Assembly: GCA_051294905.1 (NCBI GenBank) | Contig: CM119372.1 | Span: forward strand, 15,440,001 to 15,504,000 | Origin: Botryllus schlosseri | Taxonomy: Eukaryota | DNA: 64,000 bases | Reading direction: 5' to 3' | Part shown: piece after piece, positions 52,301-64,000 of the stretch | Numbering within the stretch: position 1 is the first letter of the stretch | Layout of the letters: each line of letters begins with the position of its first letter | The notes under the pieces: generated by a model | Databases searched by the model: none | What the model was told of the DNA's origin: nothing | Seen by the model: the letters and a program-made list of their open reading frames with translations, nothing else | Program-made: the position numbers and the translations under genes

Positions 52301-55300
52301 AGTAACTCAATTATTTATGCAACAATACCATCCAGTACAGTACTTTAATAATTGGGTTCATAAAATTAAAGATGTTGACTGGTTGAGCTTTGCAAAAATA
52401 TGCAAAAATTCGATGGGCATTGCATGCAGAAAACCTAAGATGTCTTGAAAATTGTAAAGAGGTCGGATGTGAGCAGCTTGGCAAATACTTCTCTACTCTT
52501 CCCACGATGACCCGATGCACGAATCTGCACTTGGGGACATTGAATGACTATTCATAAATCGGGTTTCACTACTAGGAATCATATATTATAACAAAAGACA
52601 AACGTTAAAACTTTCTTTATAGCAATATCTCGTTCGAAATTTGTTGTCCTGGTGGCGAAAGGCACAAAACCGATCCGATCAAGTCAAAATCTGCCGTACC
52701 TGTCTCCATTATTAAACTCGTCCCTGAGGTCGCAGTAAGGCTCGAGTCCGCAGGCATCCAGATCGAAAAACACGTTCTCCTCAAACTTATTCGGGGCGTC
52801 GTCTCTCTCGATGAAGGAATAGCCTTTCTCGATACGCCTGGCCACAATTCCTGTCGGGATGAAAGGTAAGTTTCACGACGACGCAATTAATCCTACGCAG
52901 GACTGTGTACCCGTGATATTAATTCCTCCGGCCGGATCCGGCGTTGCTTTCGTAATTCTCTTTGCTTCGACTGACAAAAGAATAAGTGATATGGAGATAA
53001 AGTTTAGCGCAATAACGGGTAAGTTGCTTTTACCGTATTTTTGTCGGTATTGGAACGGTACGTTAATGATTTGATCGGCGCGTTTGCTCCTCCGGTCACT
53101 ATGATATTGTAGGATGTGGCTCTGAAGGAGAAGGAAACCGCTGTAACACCGGGTCAATTCAAGTTACGAGCCCGGCATTAAAATAAAAATGGAACAGGAT
53201 TTGCTACTTTGTCAAACTAATGAATGTGTCTTATATGGGATTCAGGTATTCAGTGACGAATTATGCCCACGACCACATGTACTATTTTGGAGTGCTCAAG
53301 TAGCTCTGGCCTACTTCCGCTACTTCTCAAGCGGTTACATTTCTAGACTACTCCCACTTCTACTAAACATTTATGTGGGATATGATATGGGATGTGTTTG
53401 CGTCACTTTTGTGATGGACATTGTCGTAACAACTGGAGGAAAATATTTGAACATCGGAACCTATTTGTGACGTTTCAAGTCGTTTGGTGTTACTCGCAAA
53501 GATGCATTTTTATAGCAGTATCTTCCGACTGCTAGTACGCAATACGCATCCCTTCGACCGAATTTCCTTTTACTTGCGGACCAACACTCACTACTTTGAG
53601 TTTGACCATCTCTGCTTGTACGCAAATAATCAGTTTGCTGGAATATGGAGGCAAATATGAAAGCACAACGAACAAATCCGTGGGCAACATGTAATGTGAC
53701 TTCCAATCTGCTACTACTCGAACGATCCAATTGATTCATCACCATTCACCAGTCATGGGTCAAAACTAATTCAACATATTGTTAAGTCTTTCCATTAGAG
53801 ACATGGCATGACGCTGACAATTAGCGTCAGACTGCATCTTCAAGCAGAGCTCATACATTGTGTTGCATCAGCAACATTATGACAGGCATCAACGTCGCAT
53901 GAGGATGAGAGTTTAATTTAACTACACCCACTATTACTTCTGAAAGATAAAATATTTGGTATTGATATTATTGACGTCATTTTCATGATGAAAATTGAAA
54001 GGAGAAACGCATATTAAATTGCCAGAATACCAATTAAAATTATCACACATATTATGACGGGTGAGTTTACACTATATATAGATAACTTCTATAACAACAC
54101 AACGGTTCAACCTCATGGCCGTGAAAGCTTTTTGGATGAACTCGGATGAAATTATTCTCGTCATCTCGGAGGTTATATAAAATATGATAAATACATGCTG
54201 TGCTCGATTGCAGAACATTTTCATGAAGATTTATCAAAGCGAAACAATCCAGCCTGTTCACAATCGGAGTTAGTGAAGGTATTCCCCATTTCTGCCGCTG
54301 AATTACACCAAGGACGTCAAAATAGTATAAGTTCAAGGCGTGCTTTCTATTAATAGTCATAGATAAATTCGCTACATTATATTTATTTACCGATCAGAAG
54401 CCCACATAATTAAGACAGAACGTATCACAACTCAATAGGTCATATTAGGTGACTTAATGCAAGAAGCTGGACTACACAATGAATGTAAACACTCGAGCAG
54501 TTGCATCAGTGATACAGCGACATATTAGCAGCATAAAAATATATGTACCTACAATGTACAAATACTTGATTAACACATGTTACAGAGGAAAGTAAACAGT
54601 ATTCAATCCAATGAGCAGATGTGCGAGTGGCATCAACACAGAGATCTGTATCAAACTAAAAGATTTGGTGAGACTAGTGCGCAAGTGCAACGTTAGAATT
54701 TTACGGAGCACACACGGTAATGTAAGAATGTAAGCCTCTCTCAGAAAACTGCAATACACCGAGTGAAAAATTGCGTTTGTAACAAAAAAAAACACATCAT
54801 CAGATATTGCGGTCCACACAGTTTTTGAGTATTTCAACGTTGAAATGGAAGAATTTGTCAATGCACTAAGGCAAATCTGCCAAAACATGTAAATTTCATA
54901 ACAGGAAACTTTAGCCTTGGGGCACAAGAAAGGGGAAATGCAGGTTTAAGCAAAGCTACAAAATTTGTGCTACTTCATGGTCGAGTTTCATCTATAAATC
55001 GCTAAAGAGACAATCCAATTGCTCACTTGCAAATCTGCCAAAACATGTAAATTTCTTAACAGGAAACTTTAGCCTTGGGGCACCAGAAAGGGGAAATGCA
55101 GGTTTAAGCAAAGCTACAAAATTTGTGCTACTTCATGGTCGAGTTTCATCTATAGCTCGCTAAAGAGACAATCCAATTGCTCACTTGCAAATCAATTTCG
55201 TTCTTGTAAACCGGGACCATGTCATCATCCATGCAGTCCGGGTGTTCGCACGGATAGTGCTGTTCTTTCTGATGGTCCAGAAGCGAATTCTTATCGCTGA

Positions 55301-58300
55301 CAACACAAACGTCATTGTCGAAATCCGCGCGAAAAAAAAAAAACGAAATAGAAAACGTGACTTACGCGTAAAACTGGTAGTTCTTCCGATCCTCGTTATC
55401 TTGATCGCAGATCCTACACGAGCAGTGATGCATCCGCAAGTGCCGGAGCAGCTCGTCATTATCCAGGTATCGATGGTTACAGAATCTAAAGATTAGAGAC
55501 TCAGTCAGTGCAGTACATTAGGAATTTCATCGATTCATCACGAGATTGCAATACAATGAAAGGAGCCCAAATGACTAGGTCTGCAGTTCCCATTGTGGGC
55601 GCTAGCTACAAATTGGGTGATTGGGGGAGTTGAAAGCAAATGTAGACGGTATGAACTATGGGAAACCGATTTGGTTGTACAAGGCGCATTAAATCGTAAA
55701 TCGTCATCGCATATATTCATTGTGACACCTTGCCTTGAGCCTTCTAACTAACCAACCAAACAATCAATCCAACAACGAATAGAGTAATTATTCGGTGATA
55801 CTTATTGAAGGCAAGTTATGAGAAGTCATTAAAACAAATGTACGAACAAAATACGATGATTTGGAAGAGAAATTACTAGGGCAAGTTTTTGCAACTTTTT
55901 TTTACAGCTTCCGGCAGCTTCCTAAATACTCGTAAGATATGTAGGATGCTGTTTTAAGCTGTTTGAAAGAATCTTATAGTGAAACTTTTTGCAACTTTTG
56001 TGCCTATTTTTCATGCAACTTTTTCGATTTTTCATGAAAGTATTTTCGATTTTGGTGAAATACACGGCCAAATTCGACTGAAACACTGTAAATCAGCACA
56101 GAAGTAACGCATTTACAGGTATTTCGGGAGCTGAGCTGGAAAATTGACCTTTTGTTTTTTTAGTCAACCGAGCAAAATGTGGTCAAAATGCAACTTCTGC
56201 AACTTTTTTCGAAAATAAATGAATAAATGCAACTTTCCACGGATTTAACTGCAACAAAAACTTGCCCTAGAAATTACCTTATACGATTGATCTCACTGAT
56301 TGTGTATGTCCTAGAATTCGTACAAAATGTGACTCCAACATGGCGTACGTAATGTATTCATCACAAATATTGCAGTTGAGAAATAGAAAAATACTAACTC
56401 ATTTGAGAACGAATTCACCACGGAATCGTCTGCCTTGCATATGATGGACATCTAAATCCGTACTGATCTGTCTAGGCTTGAGATATGTTCCAACTCGGTA
56501 ATAACAGATTAATGCACACAGCATAGCATACAGTGAACCTGTTCAGTGTTCATACAGGGAATGATTTCTATCCTACTATTATCAGGAAATCACTCACATC
56601 GTTAGAAGACCAGTAAGGTACATCACAACAAAACCTTATGGTAGCTGCTGAGAATTGGGTCACTGGAATCAATTAGTCATGGTCACTCTCAGCAGTCAGC
56701 AGTGATTATGGTTAGCTACCAAAGTTTAAGAATATTACAATAACACAAAGCCAATAATATAAACAACAATCAATTAGAGTGAATTGTACTGTATGTGTAC
56801 AATACAGTGTACACAAGTTTGATAGTCTTCAGTAACAGAAAATCATTCTTTCCAACACTGAAATCAACATAGTTTGAGTGAAGTCAGTCCTTTGGAAAAA
56901 GTATGGTGAGTGAAACAGTAGGCTCGTTGTACTTGCAAAAAAGAATTTATGGTTTTAGATTTGAATCTTAAATAGGATCTTGAAGTGTTCAATCAGCTCA
57001 TCTCCCAATTAGGAGCACCCTACCCAGCAGGATGGAAGGGCAGATCATAAATCATTTCAAGTGTGGAAATCTGATAGATTGAGCTTTCATAAGTATCTAA
57101 TACTAAAGGCATGTATTCAGATAGCGTAGTATCCCTGGATTGAATACAAAATACAGCATACTCGCATAGCGGGTGTCCGCCAGGGGCCAGACCCGCGCTA
57201 TCTCCATTTTCAATATGCTTCTCTAATTCTTTGGCAGTAAATATTTTTCGTTCTTCCGTGAAGATCTAAAACGTTAGAGCTGAAACGTTTTCGACGAACA
57301 CACCATCGCAATAAGCAAATACCTTGCATTGCTGCACGCATATGTCACAATAGAAGAGCTGATGCTTTGACCGAGCGTGGGCTTTCAAATCATCAAATTC
57401 CTTAAACGATGTTTTAGGACACTTGGGACAGACATGACGCATTAAGGCTCTGCAAAATAAAATTACGTTAATATTGAGTTAAAACTCATAAAAATCTTCT
57501 CGGATGGTTACTTCTTCTGGTCTTGTATGGATTGTGTTTCGAAGGCAATGCCGTATTCATCATCTTTTATGTATCTGTTTATATCGTGTTCATCTATAGG
57601 TAGTAGCTTCCTCGAAAATACAACCTGAAAACAAAGCGCTAATTTTGATTGTTGGTAACTATTGTATCAGTCAACATTTGGTTTGGGTACGAACTCACAA
57701 GGTTAGGTAAACAGCTAAGTCAATTCGCTTACTTCTAAATCAATGACCAGTTATTTACATTGCTGAATGAAATACAGCACTCGGTTGCACCATACGCATG
57801 ACGCAATCGCTTGTGGGCGTGCCTGGAATTCCCCTTAGGTTACTACCGTAAAAATACCATGGTAAATGAATATTAATGTATAGACTGAATATTATTGATA
57901 AATACAAGTACCCCTGGTGAACAAGTACGATGCAAAAGATACTCACTGCAGGCAATGGTGGTGATATGCTATCATATCGATTAAAAAGAACTAGCCTACC
58001 AGTATGCAATTTCCGTTTCCCTTACACTTGAATGATAAGAACAACAATTCACAGGAGGGAGGCACATAAGAAACAAGTCTGTTCAAATAAGTAAAGAGAT
58101 AAAACGTTAAACAGTGCTCCTGTAAAATTCCACAACAATTCAAGCCAGGAGCATACTGTTTGTTCATTTAGAAAATGGGTTGGGATTTCAAAAAGTACAC
58201 CTGACATATTTACAAAATTATGCAACAGTAGCTACACTGCTGAAGAAGCTTTTTAGGTCACAAAACCATAAAACTATACCTGTCCAGCAAGACACCTAGT

Positions 58301-61300
58301 CCTTTCTGAGATCATAAATGATGAAAGGCATAACTCATGAGAATAGTTATACCAATACATATAGAGCTGTCTGGTAAGAGCAATGGGATGAGATATGGCC
58401 ATAGCTAAAGCCTACCAATGTGGAAATAATATACAGGTATCTTATGGTTATGTTTCATAAGCTATATACGTGTGCACTGTGCAGTTACCAGTCATCCATA
58501 CAAACATTATAAATGACTTAGTCAAATATTTCATATCAGGCAATAAATGAAATACTTTGGAAGCAAAATCTGTCAGCAGAAAACACCTAAAGGTAGGCCT
58601 ACCTAATTAGTGTTATTGTTGATGATACCAACTACCAATGCGGAGCTGAATAAGACTAATTACTTACCATATCTAGAGTTTGTCGGCATACCGGGCAATT
58701 CTTGTCTTTACATAGTACTCTTAGTTTGGTGCTACATCTGTAAAATAACATAATTTCATGAAATCCCTTATAAAATATGGTAATTTATCATAATAAAGCA
58801 AGAAAACAATGAGAACTCTGGAAAGAGTATGACTGCGCTGCAACAATCAAGACAGCTTACTTGAAACAGATGGGATGGCGACATTTTCCAATCGCATACG
58901 TCTCTATAGGATCCGAACAAACCGCACAAGGGTCGTCTTCTGAAAGAAGTATAATTTTTGTTTAGAATCGTCAATTGTCAATATTCATAGCAGATTGGTT
59001 AAACAACGCAATTTCAAGGAAGCACCTGAACAACAGTTCAATCGAGTTTCATTTCAATCGCTAATGAATGATCATTTCAACTTCCAAGTTGAAAAACGAG
59101 TATATGCTACTGACACAACACACAAGATATTGTAAACAATGGTAAAAATATACCCCCCACTGACTAAAATTTGTAACTGCAAAACGTTTTTGACATATCG
59201 ATTTTGACAAGTTTTTATCAAAGCTTTTCATTCGGATTTTATACATGATTTTGCCTATTTTAGGCGATTATTTCTGTACTGTCCCACTGCACGTCTCATT
59301 TAGAACTATCCTTTAATGTTCATCGTCCTTATTGTGGCCTGCGAATTTATATACCTCGCAAAGTCATTTTAGAGATCTTCCCACCCAATCGTGATGTGTT
59401 TTGAAATGATCAATAATCAAGTTACGGTACCGTAATTATTGTATAATGCATAGACAAAATAAGGAACATAGCTGGTAAATACATACGCTTCACTATTGTA
59501 ACCCGAGTAAAATTTTGTAATCACATCAAAAAGAGTATTAAGGCTGGCAAGACTGCATCAATGGTTTTGTTTAGGACCAAGTGTAACAGTATTTACCGGC
59601 GTTCATATTGACAGATAAACTAATACTAGAGTCTATCAGATAGCCTGCCAGAGCTGTCTTGATATTAATAGTGTAGGCACCTATTTTCTGAAAATTTAAA
59701 ATCCAAGCGATGAAATGTCATGTGCATCATGTCATAATAATATGTTTGCAGACTACAATTAGGCAAAAGCCTACTGACACGTAACAGTAAGTCAAGATAA
59801 GAAGCTACATTTTTAAGCAAATTTATACAGCGATACTGATACTGAAATGTGATTACTGACTGGTTTTGACTAGCTAGATTTCAAAAACATGGCAAGATTT
59901 GGTTCATGGGCATGGATAACATGTATAGTACAAGAGACAAAATTCGATAATATGTCTATCGGTAAATGAAAAAGTAGCTGGGATTTACCCAAAATGCTTG
60001 CTGAATAAGGTGATGAAGAATTAAAGTTCAGCTCACGGTTGGCTCAAATAATTATGAAGTTTAGCGATAACACTTCAGTGAAATAGAAGATGGCATCTTC
60101 TATCTTAGCCGATGCATCTCTCTGGATACTGTGGATAGTCTACTTAACTGTGTAAATAGGTGGGACTACTCTCCCATATGCGCCTAAGAGCACATAATAT
60201 ATACCGGTATACGATTTGCAATTTATTTAGCAGTAACTAGGCTACGGTACTATATACAAAACCTCACAGGAAAACACCAGGCTGAAAACAAACAAGAGAT
60301 AAACTTACTTGCACTCTCTAAATTTATAGCGGACTTCTTATCGGAACCAATGCGTCTTACAGCAAGATCTGATTTACCAGACTTTGCCCGCGCCACATGA
60401 TTTTCAATCAGATAGACTGCATCCCCGTCAACCATAAACGACTCCGGATGCCGCTTAATAAATTTTTCAAGTCCACCAATTTGCTGAAAAGAATGAGCAT
60501 GCCAACGATTAGTAGTCTACCTGAGTGATTCGATTCTGAATAATGTCTTAGGCTTCGAGTCGAGTATCCGAGTAGCATATCAATCATTTTGACGCCATAA
60601 GTGTATAAAAGACGTGGACAATTCAAATACGCACCTTTTATGCTACGTCACAGAATATAATGGCGGTTCTACATCACATTTATGATCAGCTAGTATATTT
60701 TCAACTATGTCTATTTCATTGCATTTTATGACAATACCATGGGTTCATCATGACTTCATATAGATTTGTCACTTCGATCAAAATGCGTATAGCTTTGTAG
60801 GCTACTGCATATGTTGTTAAATAGTATATTCATATTGAAATGAACCCGAATTCGAATATACTATTTATTCGAATATACTATTTAATTGTATATTGAAGTT
60901 CTGTACCTCCAAGAAGCATATGTTGTATGCTGCAATACGGGCAATCGAGGCTTCAGGGCTGCCACAGTAGAAAATACTTTCGAAATTATAATATTCGTTG
61001 ACAAATTTCACTACTCAGTAACGGAATAAATTATCTTTAACTTCTTGACTCAAATCATTAGAATTAATAGTCGAGTTGATTCGAATACTCAAATCATTGA
61101 GTCCCGTCCTACACATGACCACTCAAATACAAAGGTCGGTCACTGAAAATGCAAGGTTCAAGATATCTTTCACGACCTACCCTACAATCTACATTGAAAT
61201 TGAAGTCTTGACATCACAAAAGACATATCTATATAGATCTATTTAGGGAGAATCCAATAGTTTCATACCGATTCCAACTCAGAGAATACGAAGTCGCTGC

Positions 61301-62015
61301 TAATCAAAAAAACTGAAATGTATAGCCTTAGAAAATTATCGTCATGTCATTAACCCAATCAGGTAATTATAATGTCAATAGGCTGATATCGTTCATCCCA
61401 AAATTGAAACTGTAATCCATTACCGCTATGTAACATATTTACGATGTCGTAACATCTGTTGCGTAAACAGTTATTGGATTGCGTATGAACACTTCACAGG
61501 CCTCATTTTCTAGCAAACAACCAGGCGCAATAGGTCTATCACTCTATTATGAAAGTCTACGTGTAACCATGACATGAGAATGACTGACTGATGAAATATC
61601 GTACCAATAGCATATTATAAAGTAAGGCGGAATGAGTCCACAAGTGCATCAGTTACATTTTACATCACTTAGGTATTACAACAAATGTAATCATTAATGG
61701 AAAAGGACAATTAAATAATGCGAATACATTCATGGTGCCAAGACAATTTAAAAATCACTGACTCATGTAATACCATATTGCAACTACGACGAAAAGTAGC
61801 ATTCAGGTTGGTGTGTTATTGTTCATGATGTATAATAAATTATAAGCAAAGTCAATTATTATCAGTCTTACTTTAACATGCTTTCTTTCTTGCAGGGTGA
61901 GCTCGGACAGATGACCGATCAATGAGCTCATAGACAGGTGTCCCCCTTTGTTCCTAAGTATCCCAGTGAAATATTCTACGACGGCTATATCCATTCCCGA
62001 CATTACGATAACCAT
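40392..62015 (-). CDS. ZNF598: ZNF598/Hel2-like RING-C2H2 E3 ligase fused to an N-terminal Egalitarian-type winged helix and two cold-shock/OB-like domains (924-aa manual model; orthologue versus paralogue unresolved)
   Basis: 24 GT-AG exons in transcript order: 62015-61872, 60483-60309, 58939-58861, 58737-58668, 57624-57512, 57449-57323, 57265-57162, 55485-55366, 55296-55185, 53121-53034, 52970-52911, 52850-52700, 50886-50749, 49247-49159, 49098-48935, 48247-48177, 48112-48036, 43075-42848, 42117-41992, 41924-41881, 41495-41366, 40879-40750, 40686-40513, 40452-40392. Total 2775 nt, open to TAG. The segments CAVCSDPIETYAIGKCRHPICFKCSTKLRVLCKDKNCPVCR, IFTEERK..GHPLCEFCNHRYLDNDELLRHLR and EIDLQSH are clearly ZNF598-like. 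Confidence 0.8.
40959..41263. mobile_element. MITE with CAGAGGTGGTCA / TGACCAACTCTG ends
   Basis: Imperfect TIRs and internal CTACTT/GAGTAG motifs. Partial relatives at ~19840-19938 and ~35460-35551. No clear TSD. Confidence 0.55.
42312..42627 (+). mobile_element. hAT MITE, ~300-bp family
   Basis: CAGTGGTTCTCAAC...GTTGAGAACCACTG with a perfect TSD TTCTATCG. Confidence 0.92.
43870..44146 (+). mobile_element. Right half of a diverged copy of the palindromic MITE at 45831-46491
   Basis: Aligns with ~46215-46491 and ends GGACACTATG. Confidence 0.7.
44454..45230 (-). pseudogene. hAT Tip100/Zaphod-type transposase, 5' part only (TTF zinc finger plus start of the DUF4371-like region)
   Basis: 258-aa ORF with QRSITSFF, KFQRSWLDAFKWLAYSPSQEGAYCVFCRLF, NWKKASENCRHH..YH and IETIAFCGRENIHL. 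It breaks off before the catalytic core. A TIR-like CTGGCTACGCTTCTG lies upstream at 45801-45815. Confidence 0.88.
45831..46491. mobile_element. Palindromic MITE with ~280-bp TIRs, P-superfamily-like
   Basis: Ends CATAGTGTC / GACACTATG. The arms 45831-~46112 and ~46207-46491 are inverted copies, flanked by the 7-bp direct repeat ATTGTAT. Confidence 0.8.
46675..47396. mobile_element. Non-autonomous hAT element (Blackjack-like)
   Basis: CAGGGTTGC...GCAGCCCTG, TSD ACCATAAC/ACCGTAAC, and subterminal AATAAGGAC repeats. Confidence 0.8.
54871..55193. repeat. Recent 158-bp tandem duplication overlapping a splice donor
   Basis: Two near-identical units start at 54871 and 55029, bounded by GCAAATC microhomology (54871, 55029, 55187). 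Confidence 0.92.
55877..56269. mobile_element. hAT MITE
   Basis: TIRs TAGGGCAAGTTTTTG / CAAAAACTTGCCCTA, perfect TSD GAAATTAC, and subterminal GCAACTTT repeats. Confidence 0.92.
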
Positions 62016-63062
62016 AAAGTTCGCTAGTTAACTGCTGCAGTTCGTAGAGCGGTAAATTTGCGAAAGATGATACCATTCACATTTGAGATTAGATTCGCCA
62101 AATTAATTTTACACGTGGCACGAGGTTGGCGTACTACGTTTCGTTAAGTATATAGTTATATGAAAGCACGGAACTAAATTCGGGTTGGAGAACTCATCTA
62201 GGAATATCGAATATAGCTTGAAACGCATCGCCGGAAGCAATATTTTCGTATCTGACCATAAATCACAGATAACAACACCACGAACTGGCTTGGCGAGTTC
62301 ACGTTTCGCTGTCTTTTGTTTTCTTCGACCGCGCTCAACCGGATACTTTCCCTCACAGGGGACTCCCCGGTAGCGACACGAGTATCGACTAAACGAGTCC
62401 CTCCCTCGCGAAAAGCATACATTTTCCAGATGAGCATGACCGGTGACCGCGATAGCTTTCTCCGGATAAGCATCATGTACATGTCAGTGTAGCATATTAG
62501 CCGTATAAACTGCCATACACCGTTTGATGAGTTTCGAAACATATGATCTCATAGTTACATAGTATTCGGATATCATAATCATCATAATTATAAACATATT
62601 CCCCAGCAAAATACGATGCACAAAGCAAAACACAATATGATGTATTGAGCAGATAGGAGGATGTTGAGACGACTAAGTATTCTGTTTATTAATCAAACAT
62701 CCCCATCGGTCTACTAATAATACTACTGTCAAGTGTTAATGTATGACAGGGGTTCCCAACATAGGGGCCGCGTCCCCAACAGGGTCGTTTGCCTATTCCC
62801 TGGGGGTCGTGGAAACGAAAACTAAGTACCAAGGACTAATACAAGAATGTACATTAACCGGTGCTCTCGTCGGCTCATTTCTGAGAATTTCAGTTCATTT
62901 TCAAATTTTAAAAAAGCGACCTTTGAGGAATGTGACGGGTCAAACAAGGTGATCAGTGCAGTCGAAGTCACTTTAAAGCGCCACCTACTTCAAGGTAAGA
63001 TTGGTCCTAGCCACCGGTATGAAGTTTGAAGTGTCGGGTGAATAGAGATTATAGGTACAAGC

Positions 63063-63600
63063 ACTGGCGTAGCAGCATTGTGCTGCCGCCCCTGGCTCTC
63101 TTGAAAATGCCGCCCCCCTAGGTAGACCGCATCAAATTTCGACATAGATTGATGTTCAAGTAATCTTGTCAATAGGAATAATTACAAATAATATGCCGCG
63201 TCTCAGCCTCACCGTCTCGACGTTAATGACGCCAAAAATAATAAAGACAAGAAATAGCGAACGAATGTATTGTACAAATAGAAAATCAATGGCCGCCTCA
63301 AAGCAAAAGCAGCGATAATATCCTCAAATTCAAGTTTTTGAACGTAGTCTCTTTCTATAGACAGAATGGATAGAGCTGATAGCCGATCATTATTCATGAT
63401 AGAACTAAATACTAATCAGTTTGAGCTCACACAGCTCGCAGTTGAAACACCAATGTTCAGATAAAGTTTCAGACACGATCATAAATACGGTGTCGAATCA
63501 AGTAGCTTTGCATTAACCAACCACTGTAAAACATCAAACGTTGTTGCACTACGACCAAACGTGGTTTCACGGCTCCGCACCAGCCTCTTAACCCTTTTAA
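63063..63600 (-). pseudogene. hAT transposase 3' relic (hATC dimerisation domain) with one TIR
   Basis: MNNDRLSALSILSIERDYVQKLEFEDIIAAFA matches the hAT C-terminal motif. A TIR-like CACTGGCGTAGC lies at ~63062. Confidence 0.8.
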
Positions 63601-63656
63601 AAACTCAAGTTGAACAACTTCATATGATTATAGCTTAATTTGTGTTCATCCTAGAG

Positions 63657-63971
63657 CAGTGGTTCGCAACTTTTTATTAGACACGCCCCCCTTTAGGATA
63701 GTGAAAAATCCCGCGCCCTCGTATCGTTATATTACAAGATCCAATCGGGATGCTAGCAACCCTAACGGATTGTTTGATGGCATGGAAGGTTATGACTGTT
63801 GATGAGAGAATTCAAAAATAAGAAACTGGGTCTATATATAGAGAAACACGCGTGAATTGGAGGTAAATCGCGCATAGCGCGAAAAAATTCATTTGACCGA
63901 TTCTTTGCGCCCCCTTAACATGCTTTCACGCCCCCCCAACGGGGGCGCGCCCCCCAGGTTGAGAGCCCCTG
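63657..63971 (+). mobile_element. hAT MITE, ~300-bp family
   Basis: CAGTGGTTCGCAAC...GTTGAGAGCCCCTG with TSD TCCTAGAG/TCCTAGAA; the body aligns with 42312-42627. Confidence 0.88.
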
Positions 63972-64000
63972 TCCTAGAAGCCTCATATTGGTTTGTACGA

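Noticed and set aside
53461..54927. Minus-strand ORFs of 94-115 aa in the intron after the zinc-finger exons
   Set aside because: No recognisable motifs, and the flanking exons (..EIDLQ|SHILQYH..) already join to complete a zinc finger.

Overview
This is intron-rich animal genomic DNA; compact introns and the repeat repertoire suggest a marine invertebrate, possibly a tunicate (inference only). I assembled three spliced genes by hand from GT-AG boundaries and frame continuity. (1) STAM, an ESCRT-0 subunit, + strand, 11158-25232; its first coding exon was not found. (2) STT3B, the oligosaccharyltransferase catalytic subunit, + strand, 27522-37900, complete. (3) A 24-exon minus-strand gene at 40392-62015 (2775 nt, 924 aa). 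It joins an Egalitarian-type winged-helix domain, a ZNF598/Hel2-type RING plus C2H2 zinc-finger module, two cold-shock/OB-fold-like domains and a C-terminal domain I cannot assign. This architecture is the most interesting feature of the window. The rest is a dense transposon landscape: a bounded but decayed Kolobok carrying a P2X7-ballast-like accessory gene, many hAT MITEs and transposase relics, a piggyBac-like element, a P-type MITE, LINE 3' ends, tRNA-derived SINEs, and a 2.5 kb palindrome built from two inverted copies of a minisatellite-bearing element. All homology calls come from motif recognition; no database search was run.
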